The notes: generated by a model not told the origin, from the letters alone. A stretch of DNA of 24,700 bases from an uncultured Candidatus Peribacteria bacterium (GCA_964632925.1 CAZWCH010000002.1:1-24700); one strand, 5' to 3'. Positions 8,081 through 16,620 are shown, counted from the first letter of the stretch. Translations and numbers: made by a program.

Positions 8081-8089
8081 TGCTATGCT
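8081..8089 (+). promoter_or_regulatory. Extended -10 element (TG-C-TATGCT) of predicted leaderless membrane-protein gene
   Basis: TGCTATGCT at 8081-8089, with ATG at 8096, 7 nt after the hexamer. Confidence 0.6.
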
Positions 8090-8095
8090 CTCTCC

Positions 8096-8575
8096 ATGAA
8101 TATGGCATTCATGCGAAAAATCGCCGGAATGGAGCTCGCGGAGCGCCTTCTCAATTGCGGCGCCCTGGTAGGATCGCTCGGCGTCTTCCTCCCGTGGATT
8201 TCCGGAGAATGGTTGGGGGGGGAGCCGCTGCGCTACGCCGGATTCCAGTCCTATACCACTGTCCATGGCGTCGGCATCCTTGCATTGAATGCCTTCATCC
8301 TCCTAATCACACTCATCCCCCTTTCGGGAGGACCGCATATCGTGACGGAACAGAAGAAACATTTCGTCCGTCTCCTCGCGTCCTCCCAAGCAGTCATTCT
8401 TACCATCCTAGCGCTCTCCGTGCTTACCAGTATCACGCTCGAATTCTCACGCATGGGCATTCGCTTCGGCATCTATGTAAGCCTCCTCGGTAATCTCCTT
8501 GCGGCATTCGAGGCATTCTGCCAATGGAAAGAACAGCAAGAACGGCAAGTACGCTCATTCTTCCACGCTCAATGA
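8096..8575 (+). CDS. Hypothetical integral membrane protein (about 4 TM segments, 159 aa)
   Basis: Hydrophobic segments GALVGSLGVFLPW, GILALNAFILLITLIPL, AVILTILALSVL, FGIYVSLLGNLLAAF and a charged C-tail. Start placed at 8096 from the promoter position; 8102 and 8111 are alternatives. Confidence 0.7.
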   Translation: MNMAFMRKIAGMELAERLLNCGALVGSLGVFLPWISGEWLGGEPLRYAGFQSYTTVHGVGILALNAFILLITLIPLSGGPHIVTEQKKHFVRLLASSQAVILTILALSVLTSITLEFSRMGIRFGIYVSLLGNLLAAFEAFCQWKEQQERQVRSFFHAQ

Positions 8576-8841
8576 ACACGTCCGACAATACCCTCGTCTA
8601 TTTCGACCCCGATGCGCGCCTCGTCATCGGGCCGGTGGAATGGGAAGGCGACAGTCCGAAAAAGCTCCCGCGCGAACAGACGGGGGACGCGACCAAAAAA
8701 ATGAAGCGGATGTACTACCCGTACTGTACCGCCCGCACCGCAAAACGCTTTCTCGAAAAAAAACACCAAAGACAGGATGACGAAAAGCTTTCGTTGGAAG
8801 AGGCCCTGCAAAAGGCGATTACGGAACCGTTTTGGAACTGA
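8572..8841 (+). CDS. Small hypothetical soluble protein (89 aa)
   Basis: ATGA overlap with the upstream stop (8572-8575); natural-looking sequence MNTSDNTLVYFDPDARLVIGPVEW... Confidence 0.6.
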   Translation: MNTSDNTLVYFDPDARLVIGPVEWEGDSPKKLPREQTGDATKKMKRMYYPYCTARTAKRFLEKKHQRQDDEKLSLEEALQKAITEPFWN

Positions 8842-9769
8842 GCACCTTGCACGCGTCTTCCACCTCCTGCGTCGACCCTAGAATGATGGGAGTGCGCTGA
8901 TCGCAGGAACGGATCGGAACGTCCAGAATGGACACCGTCCCGTTCGAAGCCCTCCCGCCCGCCTGTTCGAGAATGTAGGCGAAAGGACCGCACTCAAAAA
9001 GCAGCCGTAACTTTCCCTCGGGATAGGAACTGCCACCGACATTCGTAAACACCCCCTGCCCCTTGCAAAGAATATGATGGATGTCTGCGACCATGCACCC
9101 CGAGTACCGGAGAGTCAGCGCGCGCGCGAGCCAGCGATCCATCAAATCGCGGTAAGCGCGATTGTCATTCACTGCACGGAGATTCCCCGGACTAAAGTTT
9201 TTTGCGACGGCATCCACGCCGACACGCTCCCGCTGCAGAACAAATTCCCCCACTTCATCGAGGAGAAATTCATGGACGCCATTTCCCGTTGAATACACCA
9301 AAACCGTCCGAGGGCCGTACAGAACATACAGCGCCCCCACCTGCGCTCGCGGCGTTCGGGAAAGGAGATCGGACGCCGGATACACGCCAAAAATAGATCC
9401 GATGGAAAAGTTGGCGTCAACGAGGGAAGAGCCATCAAGAGGATCGTATACGACGATGAACGGGGCGCGTGGATGCATGCAAATCGGCTCCGGATGCTCT
9501 TCCGACGCGCACGCGGCAACAAGCTTGGTTGCGCCGAGATGCCGGCGAATGATCGCGTCGCTCAGCACATCAAGAGTGAGTTGCTCTTCGCCGAACGGAT
9601 TCCGCGTCCCGGCCAGAGCCGCCCCCGTCGTCCGCAAGGCATACTGGATGTGCTTCGCGCTCCGGGCAATGGCAAGAAAAAGGCGACGAAGATCATCGGC
9701 CGTTGAGGCGGCGCGAAGATGTTCGTCCAGAGACGGCCGTTCAGAGAGAGGACAAGGCGGGCGCGGCAT
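8819..9769 (-). CDS. fbp: Fructose-1,6-bisphosphatase class I
   Basis: GEEQLTLDVLSD, ASEE, YDPLDGSSLVDANFSIGSIF, LRYSGCMVADIHHIL, GKLRLLFECGPFAYILEQAGG. The start is uncertain (ATG 9769 chosen over GTG 9802). Confidence 0.93.
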   Translation of the reverse strand: MPRPPCPLSERPSLDEHLRAASTADDLRRLFLAIARSAKHIQYALRTTGAALAGTRNPFGEEQLTLDVLSDAIIRRHLGATKLVAACASEEHPEPICMHPRAPFIVVYDPLDGSSLVDANFSIGSIFGVYPASDLLSRTPRAQVGALYVLYGPRTVLVYSTGNGVHEFLLDEVGEFVLQRERVGVDAVAKNFSPGNLRAVNDNRAYRDLMDRWLARALTLRYSGCMVADIHHILCKGQGVFTNVGGSSYPEGKLRLLFECGPFAYILEQAGGRASNGTVSILDVPIRSCDQRTPIILGSTQEVEDACKVLSSKTVP

Positions 9770-10799
9770 GGAAAAGGGGAGGGGAGAGTTGCTTTCCAAC
9801 ACGGAGCGTCATCTCCGTGACGCGCATGGCATAGCCCCACTCATTGTCGTACCACGCAACGATCTGCACCGCACGATCCGATACGACCTTCGTCGACGGC
9901 GCATCGACAATGGAGGAATGGGGATCGGTCTGAAAATCGATGGATACGCATTCGTCATCAGATACCGCAAGAATGCCGCGGAGGTCCGGCTGGAGAGACG
10001 CGGAGCGAAGGTGCCCATGAATCCCCTCCACGCTCGCCTCCCGACGGAGAAGAAACGCCATGTACGCGCAGCTCACCGTCGGCACGGGCACGCGAAACGC
10101 CATGCCATCCATGCGCCCTTTCAGATGCGGGAATATCGCGGCACACGCGCGCACGGCTCCCGTCTTCGTGGGAATGACCGAAAGAGTGGCGGCGCGCGCA
10201 CGGCGAAGTTCCCCCGGCTCCTGCGCCTTGTTATCGAGAAGATTTTGAGAAGCAGTGTACGCATGGACGGAACTGACGAGAAGGGATTCCACCCCATACA
10301 CCGCATCGATGACCTTGATAACCGGGGCGATGCAATTCGTCGTACAGGATGCGGTGGAGATAATATCCATATCCGCCGTCAGAGCATCGTCATTGACCCC
10401 CGGGACAATGGTCGGAGTTCCGTCCTTCATCGGAGCGGTAACCACGACGCGCCTCGCCCCCGCTCGCAGGTGCCCCAAAACCTCTTCCCGCGTCGCAAAG
10501 TTCCCCGTCGACTCCACGACGACATCAACATGCAGCTCCTGCCAGGGGCAACGGGCCGGATCGCGTTCCCGCACGACACGAACGCGCTTTCCATTGACGA
10601 GGAGATCCTCTCCGTCCACCAGAATATCTGCGGGGAAACGACCGTGGAGAGAATCGTATTTCAAGAGATACGCCCGCATATCGGGAGCGGAGGAGGCGTT
10701 CACGGCCACCACTTCGACGGCATCCGCAAAGCGCATGAGGAACTGCCGATGGACATTCCGACCGATTCGCCCGTACCCATTGATGGCAACGCGGATCAT
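9741..10799 (-). CDS. gap: Type I glyceraldehyde-3-phosphate dehydrogenase with GapB-like (NADP-type) residues
   Basis: INGYGRIGR, VESTG, catalytic ASCTTNC, RVPVPTVS, WYDNEWGY. VAVNAS replaces the usual VAVND, and the S-loop reads LLDN. Confidence 0.95.
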   Translation of the reverse strand: MIRVAINGYGRIGRNVHRQFLMRFADAVEVVAVNASSAPDMRAYLLKYDSLHGRFPADILVDGEDLLVNGKRVRVVRERDPARCPWQELHVDVVVESTGNFATREEVLGHLRAGARRVVVTAPMKDGTPTIVPGVNDDALTADMDIISTASCTTNCIAPVIKVIDAVYGVESLLVSSVHAYTASQNLLDNKAQEPGELRRARAATLSVIPTKTGAVRACAAIFPHLKGRMDGMAFRVPVPTVSCAYMAFLLRREASVEGIHGHLRSASLQPDLRGILAVSDDECVSIDFQTDPHSSIVDAPSTKVVSDRAVQIVAWYDNEWGYAMRVTEMTLRVGKQLSPPLFHAAPALSSL

Positions 10800-10815
10800 G
10801 GGGACGCCCATTATC

Positions 10816-11877
10816 TCACCCCATCACCGCGAGTACAATGCCCAAAAAGGCGAAGAATCCCCCAATGATCCAGAGACGCATGGTGACCTTGCTCTCCCCC
10901 CAATTCAACGCCTCGAAATGATGATGGAGAGGCGCGGCAAGGAACACCTTCTTTCCGCCGCGGAACCGCTTGCTGGCAAGCTGAAGAATGACCGACAGCG
11001 TCTCCAGGACAAAGACGCCGCCGATGAACGGCAGCACGGCCACCTGGTCAATCATGAGCGCAATCACCGCCAGAACACCGCCGAGCGCAAGAGCACCCGT
11101 GTCCCCCATGATGAAAATGGCCGGCGGAACGTTATGCCACAAAAATGCCGCCACAGCTCCGACGGTAACCGCGCAGAACGCCGCCAGAATATACAGGCCG
11201 CCAAGGTACGCAAGCACGCCGAAAGCTCCGAACGCAATGACGAGGAGTCCTCCGGCGAGACCGTCGAGCCCATCGGTAATATTCACGGCGTTCGCCGTTC
11301 CGATGAGAAGAAACACGAAGAGAGGAATGTACCACCAACCGAGAACGACGGTTCCTAAAAATGGGATGGTGATACTGTCATACCCGAGCCGAAAATAGAA
11401 CCATGACGCCGCAACGATGGCCACCAGGAAGAGGAAACCGATCTTCGGCAGAACGTCGAGACCCTTCCGCCGGCCTACACCGCGCACATTAAGATAATCG
11501 TCGAGAGCGCCGAGAATGCCAAGGGCCATGAGAACGAACAACGGCAGGTACACCTGACCGCGCTGGAGAAGGGAATGCTCCACGGCGCCAAAGAACGAAA
11601 GAGCGCGGGAAAAGAGCACCGTAAGAACGATGGCGCCCCACATGAGAACGCCGCCCATGGTCGGCGTCCCAAACTTATGCTGGTGATACGTGCGGAAAAC
11701 CGTAGGTTCCCGACCGTCGACCGTTTCCACTCTCAACTGCTTTCCAATGCGGTGCGAGCGAAGGAATGTGACAAAAGCGGGTGTGAGGAAAAGAACACCG
11801 AAAAACGCAAACAGGGCATAGAAAAGCATCGCGACAATGGAGATTTCCGGACGAAAAGGAAGGGTATACAACGGCAT
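10816..11877 (-). CDS. mraY: Phospho-N-acetylmuramoyl-pentapeptide transferase
   Basis: GTPTMGG, LGALDD, NAVNITDGLDGLAG, FMGDTG, APLHHHFE, many TM segments. Start re-assigned to 11877, just after the dnaB stop. Confidence 0.96.
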   Translation of the reverse strand: MPLYTLPFRPEISIVAMLFYALFAFFGVLFLTPAFVTFLRSHRIGKQLRVETVDGREPTVFRTYHQHKFGTPTMGGVLMWGAIVLTVLFSRALSFFGAVEHSLLQRGQVYLPLFVLMALGILGALDDYLNVRGVGRRKGLDVLPKIGFLFLVAIVAASWFYFRLGYDSITIPFLGTVVLGWWYIPLFVFLLIGTANAVNITDGLDGLAGGLLVIAFGAFGVLAYLGGLYILAAFCAVTVGAVAAFLWHNVPPAIFIMGDTGALALGGVLAVIALMIDQVAVLPFIGGVFVLETLSVILQLASKRFRGGKKVFLAAPLHHHFEALNWGESKVTMRLWIIGGFFAFLGIVLAVMG

Positions 11878-11893
11878 AAAAGGCAGAGAGTAC

Positions 11894-13255
11894 CTACGGA
11901 GACGTATGGACTTTGTCAACATCGTAGAAGCGCATCTGTTCTTTTTTGAAAAGGAGTTCGACGCGCCCCGTCGGACCATTGCGATGCTTGCGAATGTACA
12001 CATCGGTAATGCCGGGCCGACCGCTCTCTTCATCATAATAATCTTCCCGATACATCATGAGCACCACATCGGCATCCTGCTCTATGGAACCGGACTCGCG
12101 AAGATCGGACAATTGAGGAATGTTTCCCGGACGGCTTTCAACGGCGCGCGACAGCTGAGAAAGAGCGAAAACGGGCACGCGGAGTTCGCGCGCCAGCTGC
12201 TTGAGACAACGGGAAATTTCCGAAATTTCCTGCACGCGATTCCCGGCATAACTCATATTGCCGGTCGTCATGAGTTGGATGTAATCGATGACGAGAAGAT
12301 CCAAACCATGCTCCATCTGGAGACGCCGCGCTTTCGTACGCAGCTCCGTCAGGGAAGAAGCCACGGAATCGTCTATGAAGATATTGGCCTTGTGAAGCTC
12401 ATCCATGATGGGTCCCATATTCTGAAAATCCGTGTCATCCAACTTGCCCCGCTGGAGCTTCCACGAGTCCACACCCAGCATGGAGGCGAAGAGTCGATCG
12501 ACGAGCTGTTCCTTGCTCATTTCCAAAGAAAAAATCCCCACGGTTTTCTGGAAGCGAATTGCTGCGTTTTGCGCGATATTCAAAGCCAAACTCGTCTTTC
12601 CCATGCTCGGCCTCGCCGCCAGGATAACGAGATCGGATGGCTGGAGACCGGAAAGCCTGGCATCGAGTGTATGGAACCCCGTGGCAGTGCCCTTGAGCGC
12701 GTCAGGATCATCCGCTTCATGGAGTTCGGCGAAACGCTCATAGCGCGCATCGAGAATATCGCGAATATGAACAAATTTCTCCCGCAACACCGTATTCGTC
12801 ACCGAAAACACCGCGCGTTCCACGCTGTCGAGTAATTCTGCAACGGGAAGATCAAGATCGTATCCCAATCCAACGATCCTCCGACCCGCATCGATGATGC
12901 TCCGGTGCACTGCTTTTTCCTTCACGATCTGGCCGTATTGGTAAATATGGGAAGACGTGGGAACGGAAGAAGCCAGTTCCGCCAAAAACGCGCTCCCGCC
13001 GACATCATTGAGCGTGCCGGCATCGCTTAAGCGACTGGCCACCGTCACAAAATCAATGGGCTCATGTCGCTGGTAGAGGTCATAGATGACCTGACAAATG
13101 CTCCGCAGCCGCGGATCGTAAAAGTCCTCCGGACGGAGAAAATCCGACACCTTGATAATGGCCTCTGGATCGAGGAGAAGCGCACCAAGAACGGTGCGTT
13201 CCGCTTCCAACGCATGCGGCGGCGCGTCGAGGAGGGGAGGGGATGATGCGGACAT
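11894..13255 (-). CDS. dnaB: Replicative DNA helicase DnaB
   Basis: PPHALEAERTVLGALL, Walker A AARPSMGKT, FSLEM, IDYIQL, LSQLSR, DLRESGSIEQDAD, KHRNGPTG. Normal length, no intein. Confidence 0.97.
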   Translation of the reverse strand: MSASSPPLLDAPPHALEAERTVLGALLLDPEAIIKVSDFLRPEDFYDPRLRSICQVIYDLYQRHEPIDFVTVASRLSDAGTLNDVGGSAFLAELASSVPTSSHIYQYGQIVKEKAVHRSIIDAGRRIVGLGYDLDLPVAELLDSVERAVFSVTNTVLREKFVHIRDILDARYERFAELHEADDPDALKGTATGFHTLDARLSGLQPSDLVILAARPSMGKTSLALNIAQNAAIRFQKTVGIFSLEMSKEQLVDRLFASMLGVDSWKLQRGKLDDTDFQNMGPIMDELHKANIFIDDSVASSLTELRTKARRLQMEHGLDLLVIDYIQLMTTGNMSYAGNRVQEISEISRCLKQLARELRVPVFALSQLSRAVESRPGNIPQLSDLRESGSIEQDADVVLMMYREDYYDEESGRPGITDVYIRKHRNGPTGRVELLFKKEQMRFYDVDKVHTSP

Positions 13256-13263
13256 GCCATGTC

Positions 13264-13269
13264 ATTCTA
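13264..13269 (-). promoter_or_regulatory. -10 element (TAGAAT) just upstream of dnaB
   Basis: Minus strand cggTAGAATgacatggcATG; the hexamer ends 9 nt before ATG 13255. Confidence 0.5.
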
Positions 13270-13291
13270 CCGCATAGGAGAAACCGGCGGA

Positions 13292-14359
13292 TTACGGATG
13301 GGAGCGTATTGCTTTTTCTAATGCCTGAGTGATCTTCGGATGCTCTACCAAAAAAGCTCGCGCCTGTTCCCGTCCCTGCCCCAACGTCTCTCCTTCATAC
13401 TGAATATAATGCCCCGTCTTCTGGAGTAGCCCCGTGCGCAAGCCAGGATCGAGCACAGCTCCTTCTGTGCTTACCCCCTTCGCATAGAGAATGTCGAACT
13501 CTGCCTGCCGAAAGGGAGGGGCAATTTTGTTTTTCACCACCTTCACGCGGGTGCGACTCCCAATGATCACTTCGCTCTCTGTACTGTCCTTTCCAATAAT
13601 TTTATCGATGCGTCGCACATCAAGGCGTATGGAGGCATAAAACTTCAGCGCATTTCCCCCCGTCGTGGTCTCCGGATTGCCGTACATCACGCCGATTTTC
13701 ATGCGGATTTGATTGATGAAGACGACGGAACAGCTGGTCTTTCCAACAATGGCAGTTAATTTGCGCAGTGCCTGGCTCATGAGCCGCGCCTGCAATCCCA
13801 TGTGATTATCGCCCATCATACCCTCGATCTCCGCGCGAGGGGTGAGCGCGGCGACAGAATCGATGACGATGATGTCCACTGCCCCGGAACGGACGAGTGT
13901 CTCTGCAATTTCGAGCGCCTGCTCCCCATCGTCCGGTTGCGACACCAGAAGCTCATCAATATTGACGCCGATGCGCTTCGCGTACTGAACATCCAGCGCA
14001 TGCTCTGCATCAATAAACGCCGCCCTCCCACCAACATGCTGGGCTTCGGCAATCGCATGGAGAGCAAGCGTTGTTTTTCCCGAAGATTCCGGGCCGAAAA
14101 TTTCGATGATACGACCCCGCGGAATCCCCCCGCCAAGAGCGATATCCAGAGCAAGGGATCCAGAGGAAAAACGCTCGACGTGGACCGCGTGTTCCTCCCC
14201 CATCTTCATAATGGCCCCTGCACCGTATTGTTTCTCAATCTGCACGAGAGCCAGTCGAAGCGCATCGCCTTTCCCGTCATCCGCTGTCTTGACATGATTT
14301 TTGCGGTCAATGGTGGCGCCGACGCTTGAGACAGATGGAGAGGTGGCGAGCTTCGTCAT
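13292..14359 (-). CDS. recA: Recombinase RecA
   Basis: [14 protein letters not shown], Walker [51 protein letters not shown]. Start re-assigned to 14359. Confidence 0.98.
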   Translation of the reverse strand: MTKLATSPSVSSVGATIDRKNHVKTADDGKGDALRLALVQIEKQYGAGAIMKMGEEHAVHVERFSSGSLALDIALGGGIPRGRIIEIFGPESSGKTTLALHAIAEAQHVGGRAAFIDAEHALDVQYAKRIGVNIDELLVSQPDDGEQALEIAETLVRSGAVDIIVIDSVAALTPRAEIEGMMGDNHMGLQARLMSQALRKLTAIVGKTSCSVVFINQIRMKIGVMYGNPETTTGGNALKFYASIRLDVRRIDKIIGKDSTESEVIIGSRTRVKVVKNKIAPPFRQAEFDILYAKGVSTEGAVLDPGLRTGLLQKTGHYIQYEGETLGQGREQARAFLVEHPKITQALEKAIRSHP

Positions 14360-14443
14360 AACAAGGAATGGGAAATGGGTAAACGAACGTACACCACTCT
14401 CTCTGTAGCACTTCCCCCCGTCAAGAAAGAGGGCTTGCAAAAA

Positions 14444-14971
14444 CTAGAATCTATTTTGGATAGAACGGCAATGGCCGGAGGTGGCATCGAAAGATTCCAC
14501 GACGCAATACTCCCCCATGGGACAGAGTACGCCCCTCTCCCCGCCGCATGGAATGCCGGAACCGCTGGACGAAAGAGAAGAAGAAGAAAAAGAGGAAGAA
14601 AGTGGAAATGAAGATGGCGATGAAGATGAAAGAACTTCACCTCCCTCCACCTCCTGCACAACCAAAACCGGGAGAGCGGCCGGATCGCTGTTCGGCTCGA
14701 CCACGCCGCGGAAGAAACAGTCACATCCCACAAAACGATGAAGAGGAATCGTCGGACTTTCGGCGTAATACACTACACGCCCCCCTTGGGACAGAAAAAA
14801 AGACCCGCGGCGCACAGTGGAAAGGCCAGCGGGGGAGAGCACCCCCTGAACGCGCACGATTCCTTGAGGAACAGGAACGGTGTCCGCCGCACGCGGAGCG
14901 CATCCCGCAATCATCAGCGCCAAAAAAACGACCATCGCTCGTCTATTTCTTCTTCGTCGCTTCAAAAGCAT
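14444..14971 (-). CDS. Putative lipoprotein with Ser-rich linker and C-terminal 4-Cys module
   Basis: Basic n-region KRRRRNRR, h-region, lipobox-like IAG-C (Cys codon 14902-14900), poly-Ser linker, then CGGERGVLCPMGEYC...GHC. Alternative start at 14935. Confidence 0.7.
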   Translation of the reverse strand: MLLKRRRRNRRAMVVFLALMIAGCAPRAADTVPVPQGIVRVQGVLSPAGLSTVRRGSFFLSQGGRVVYYAESPTIPLHRFVGCDCFFRGVVEPNSDPAALPVLVVQEVEGGEVLSSSSPSSFPLSSSFSSSSLSSSGSGIPCGGERGVLCPMGEYCVVESFDATSGHCRSIQNRF

Positions 14972-16052
14972 AGACGGCACGCCCGACCCGGACGAAGTAC
15001 GGCATTTTTTGTAAATTGAGGGAAATGGTGCCAACCTTCACCGTGCGCTGCTTGGCCACTTCAGCGATGATTTCCTGCTTACTCAGCGGCCCCTTCTCCT
15101 TCAAAATACGCTCAATGACATCCGCAACAGTCCCGGGCTCATACCCCCATTCCTGCAGCGCATACAGTCCACGACCAACCAGTACAAACTGCGGATAGCG
15201 GATGAGCTCATTGTGCACCGCCTGGACAGTCACATTTTTATGATCGAACTTTTCTTCGCGAATGCGATTGGCAATATCCATGAAATGGAGCGGATGGCCT
15301 GCCTTCTTCAGAACAATTTCCACCTTATCCCGGATGCTCCGGGGACGGACGAAGCGCCACTCCGTCAGCCCCCACCCCTCTTCCACCTCCCGCAAGCGCT
15401 CATCCACGGTACAGCAGCTCTGAATGAGCTCCCGGCTCGGCACGCGGTCCCGGAAAAGCTGCAGCGACTGCACCGCAGCCACCAGTTCGTCCTTCTGCAT
15501 GCATGATTTCCTCTTCCGGAGTACCTTCACAAGGGCATCCGCCACCAAAGCGACGTCATCCATAACCAAAGGAGCCAAGCGCCAGAATGGCGAAAATGTC
15601 CCCAGACGCCCGCCACGGGCCAGATCACTGTCAATGGAAAAGGCAAGACGCACAATGGCCCCGTCCAACTCTGTACCATGCCGGGCAAACGTGAGAACCT
15701 TGCTAATGAGTCCATCTTCCCGCATGAGTCCTCCATGGGAGCGCAAAAGCTCTTTCGCCAATTCATTCACCGCATTCAGCCGCGTCGTTCGCACCGTCCT
15801 CCGCAGCTTCCCGATGGCAATACTCTCGATTTGTCGTATACGCTCCCGCGTCACGCGGAAACCTCGTCCAATCTTCTCAAGCGTTTGTTTCGACTGTCCC
15901 ATGAGAGCGAAACGCTTCTTAATGACATTGGACTCCTTCTCCGTGAGAACAAGGAAAAGATCCTGCAAAAGATCCTGCAAATGGAACGAGGAAACAACTC
16001 CGGCCTTCCGTTGGAGAACGGGGGAAAGAGTGGAAGAGGATGCATCGGGCAT
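14943..16052 (-). CDS. Sigma70 region 4 domain fused to multiple winged-HTH domains (HARE-HTH / RNA polymerase delta-like)
   Basis: LTEKESNVIKKRFAL...TLEKIGRGFRVTRERIRQIE matches the sigma70 region 4 HTH. SIRDKVEIVLKKAGHPLHFMDIANRI...LVGRGLYAL.EWG resembles HARE-HTH. No region 2 motif is recognisable. Start re-assigned from 16211 to 16052 (369 aa). Confidence 0.8.
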   Translation of the reverse strand: MPDASSSTLSPVLQRKAGVVSSFHLQDLLQDLFLVLTEKESNVIKKRFALMGQSKQTLEKIGRGFRVTRERIRQIESIAIGKLRRTVRTTRLNAVNELAKELLRSHGGLMREDGLISKVLTFARHGTELDGAIVRLAFSIDSDLARGGRLGTFSPFWRLAPLVMDDVALVADALVKVLRKRKSCMQKDELVAAVQSLQLFRDRVPSRELIQSCCTVDERLREVEEGWGLTEWRFVRPRSIRDKVEIVLKKAGHPLHFMDIANRIREEKFDHKNVTVQAVHNELIRYPQFVLVGRGLYALQEWGYEPGTVADVIERILKEKGPLSKQEIIAEVAKQRTVKVGTISLNLQKMPYFVRVGRAVYAFEATKKK

Positions 16053-16210
16053 GGACCGGGGGGAATATGCTTGCTTCGTTCTACCAGAACATTGACAGGG
16101 AGTAAAAGATGAGCGCCAGGTTTGAATGGACGAACTTGCACCGTTGTTTTTCCATAATCTTCCGATATCTAGAGAGGCTCTTCCACACACGAAACAAAAG
16201 TAAGCATTCA

Positions 16211-16246
16211 TTATTACAATGAAAAACCTCTTCTGTCAAATGTCAA
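16211..16246 (-). promoter_or_regulatory. Putative sigma70 promoter with tandem TTGACA boxes upstream of the sigma4-HTH gene
   Basis: Minus strand TTGACA (16246-16241), T, TTGACA (16239-16234), 17 nt, then TAATAA(T) (16216-16211). Confidence 0.5.
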
Positions 16247-16620
16247 ATATGCCCGGTTTCCAATCTATCCAGATATACCATGAGAATTGCACATGCCGCT
16301 TCCGCATCCGGATCGCGAGAGGAATGCATAGTGGAATGCCGTTCGTCCAACGTCGTCACGCTCGCCCCCATGCGCGCAAGCGACGGAAGGAGTGCACGAA
16401 CACGTTGCGCCTGCATCCCTTCTTTTCCCGAAGAAAGTATGGGCAAACCGACGACGATACGGTCGATGCGTCGCGCGTCGACGATCCGCGCCACATGCGC
16501 AAGCAATGCACGAACGGACGCATGACGAAGAGTGGGAAGAACCAGGGGAATTCCGGGTGGACACTCCGTATAGGCGACTCCCGTTCGCCGCGTGCCGACA
16601 TCAAGCGCCAGGATGCGCAT
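16243..16620 (-). CDS. ruvX: YqgF/RuvX family nuclease (pre-16S rRNA maturation / putative resolvase)
   Basis: MRILALDVGTRRTGVA, IVVGLP, DERHST, D.EAACAIL. Overlaps the rpsT 3' end by 20 nt. Confidence 0.88.
   Translation of the reverse strand: MRILALDVGTRRTGVAYTECPPGIPLVLPTLRHASVRALLAHVARIVDARRIDRIVVGLPILSSGKEGMQAQRVRALLPSLARMGASVTTLDERHSTMHSSRDPDAEAACAILMVYLDRLETGHI

Noticed and set aside
11894-14359. Possible inteins or introns in dnaB and recA, both common intein hosts
   Set aside because: Both have normal lengths with contiguous conserved motifs.
14578-14640. Purine-rich GAA-type repeat
   Set aside because: It is the antisense of a poly-Ser linker in the lipoprotein, an ordinary codon-level low-complexity region.
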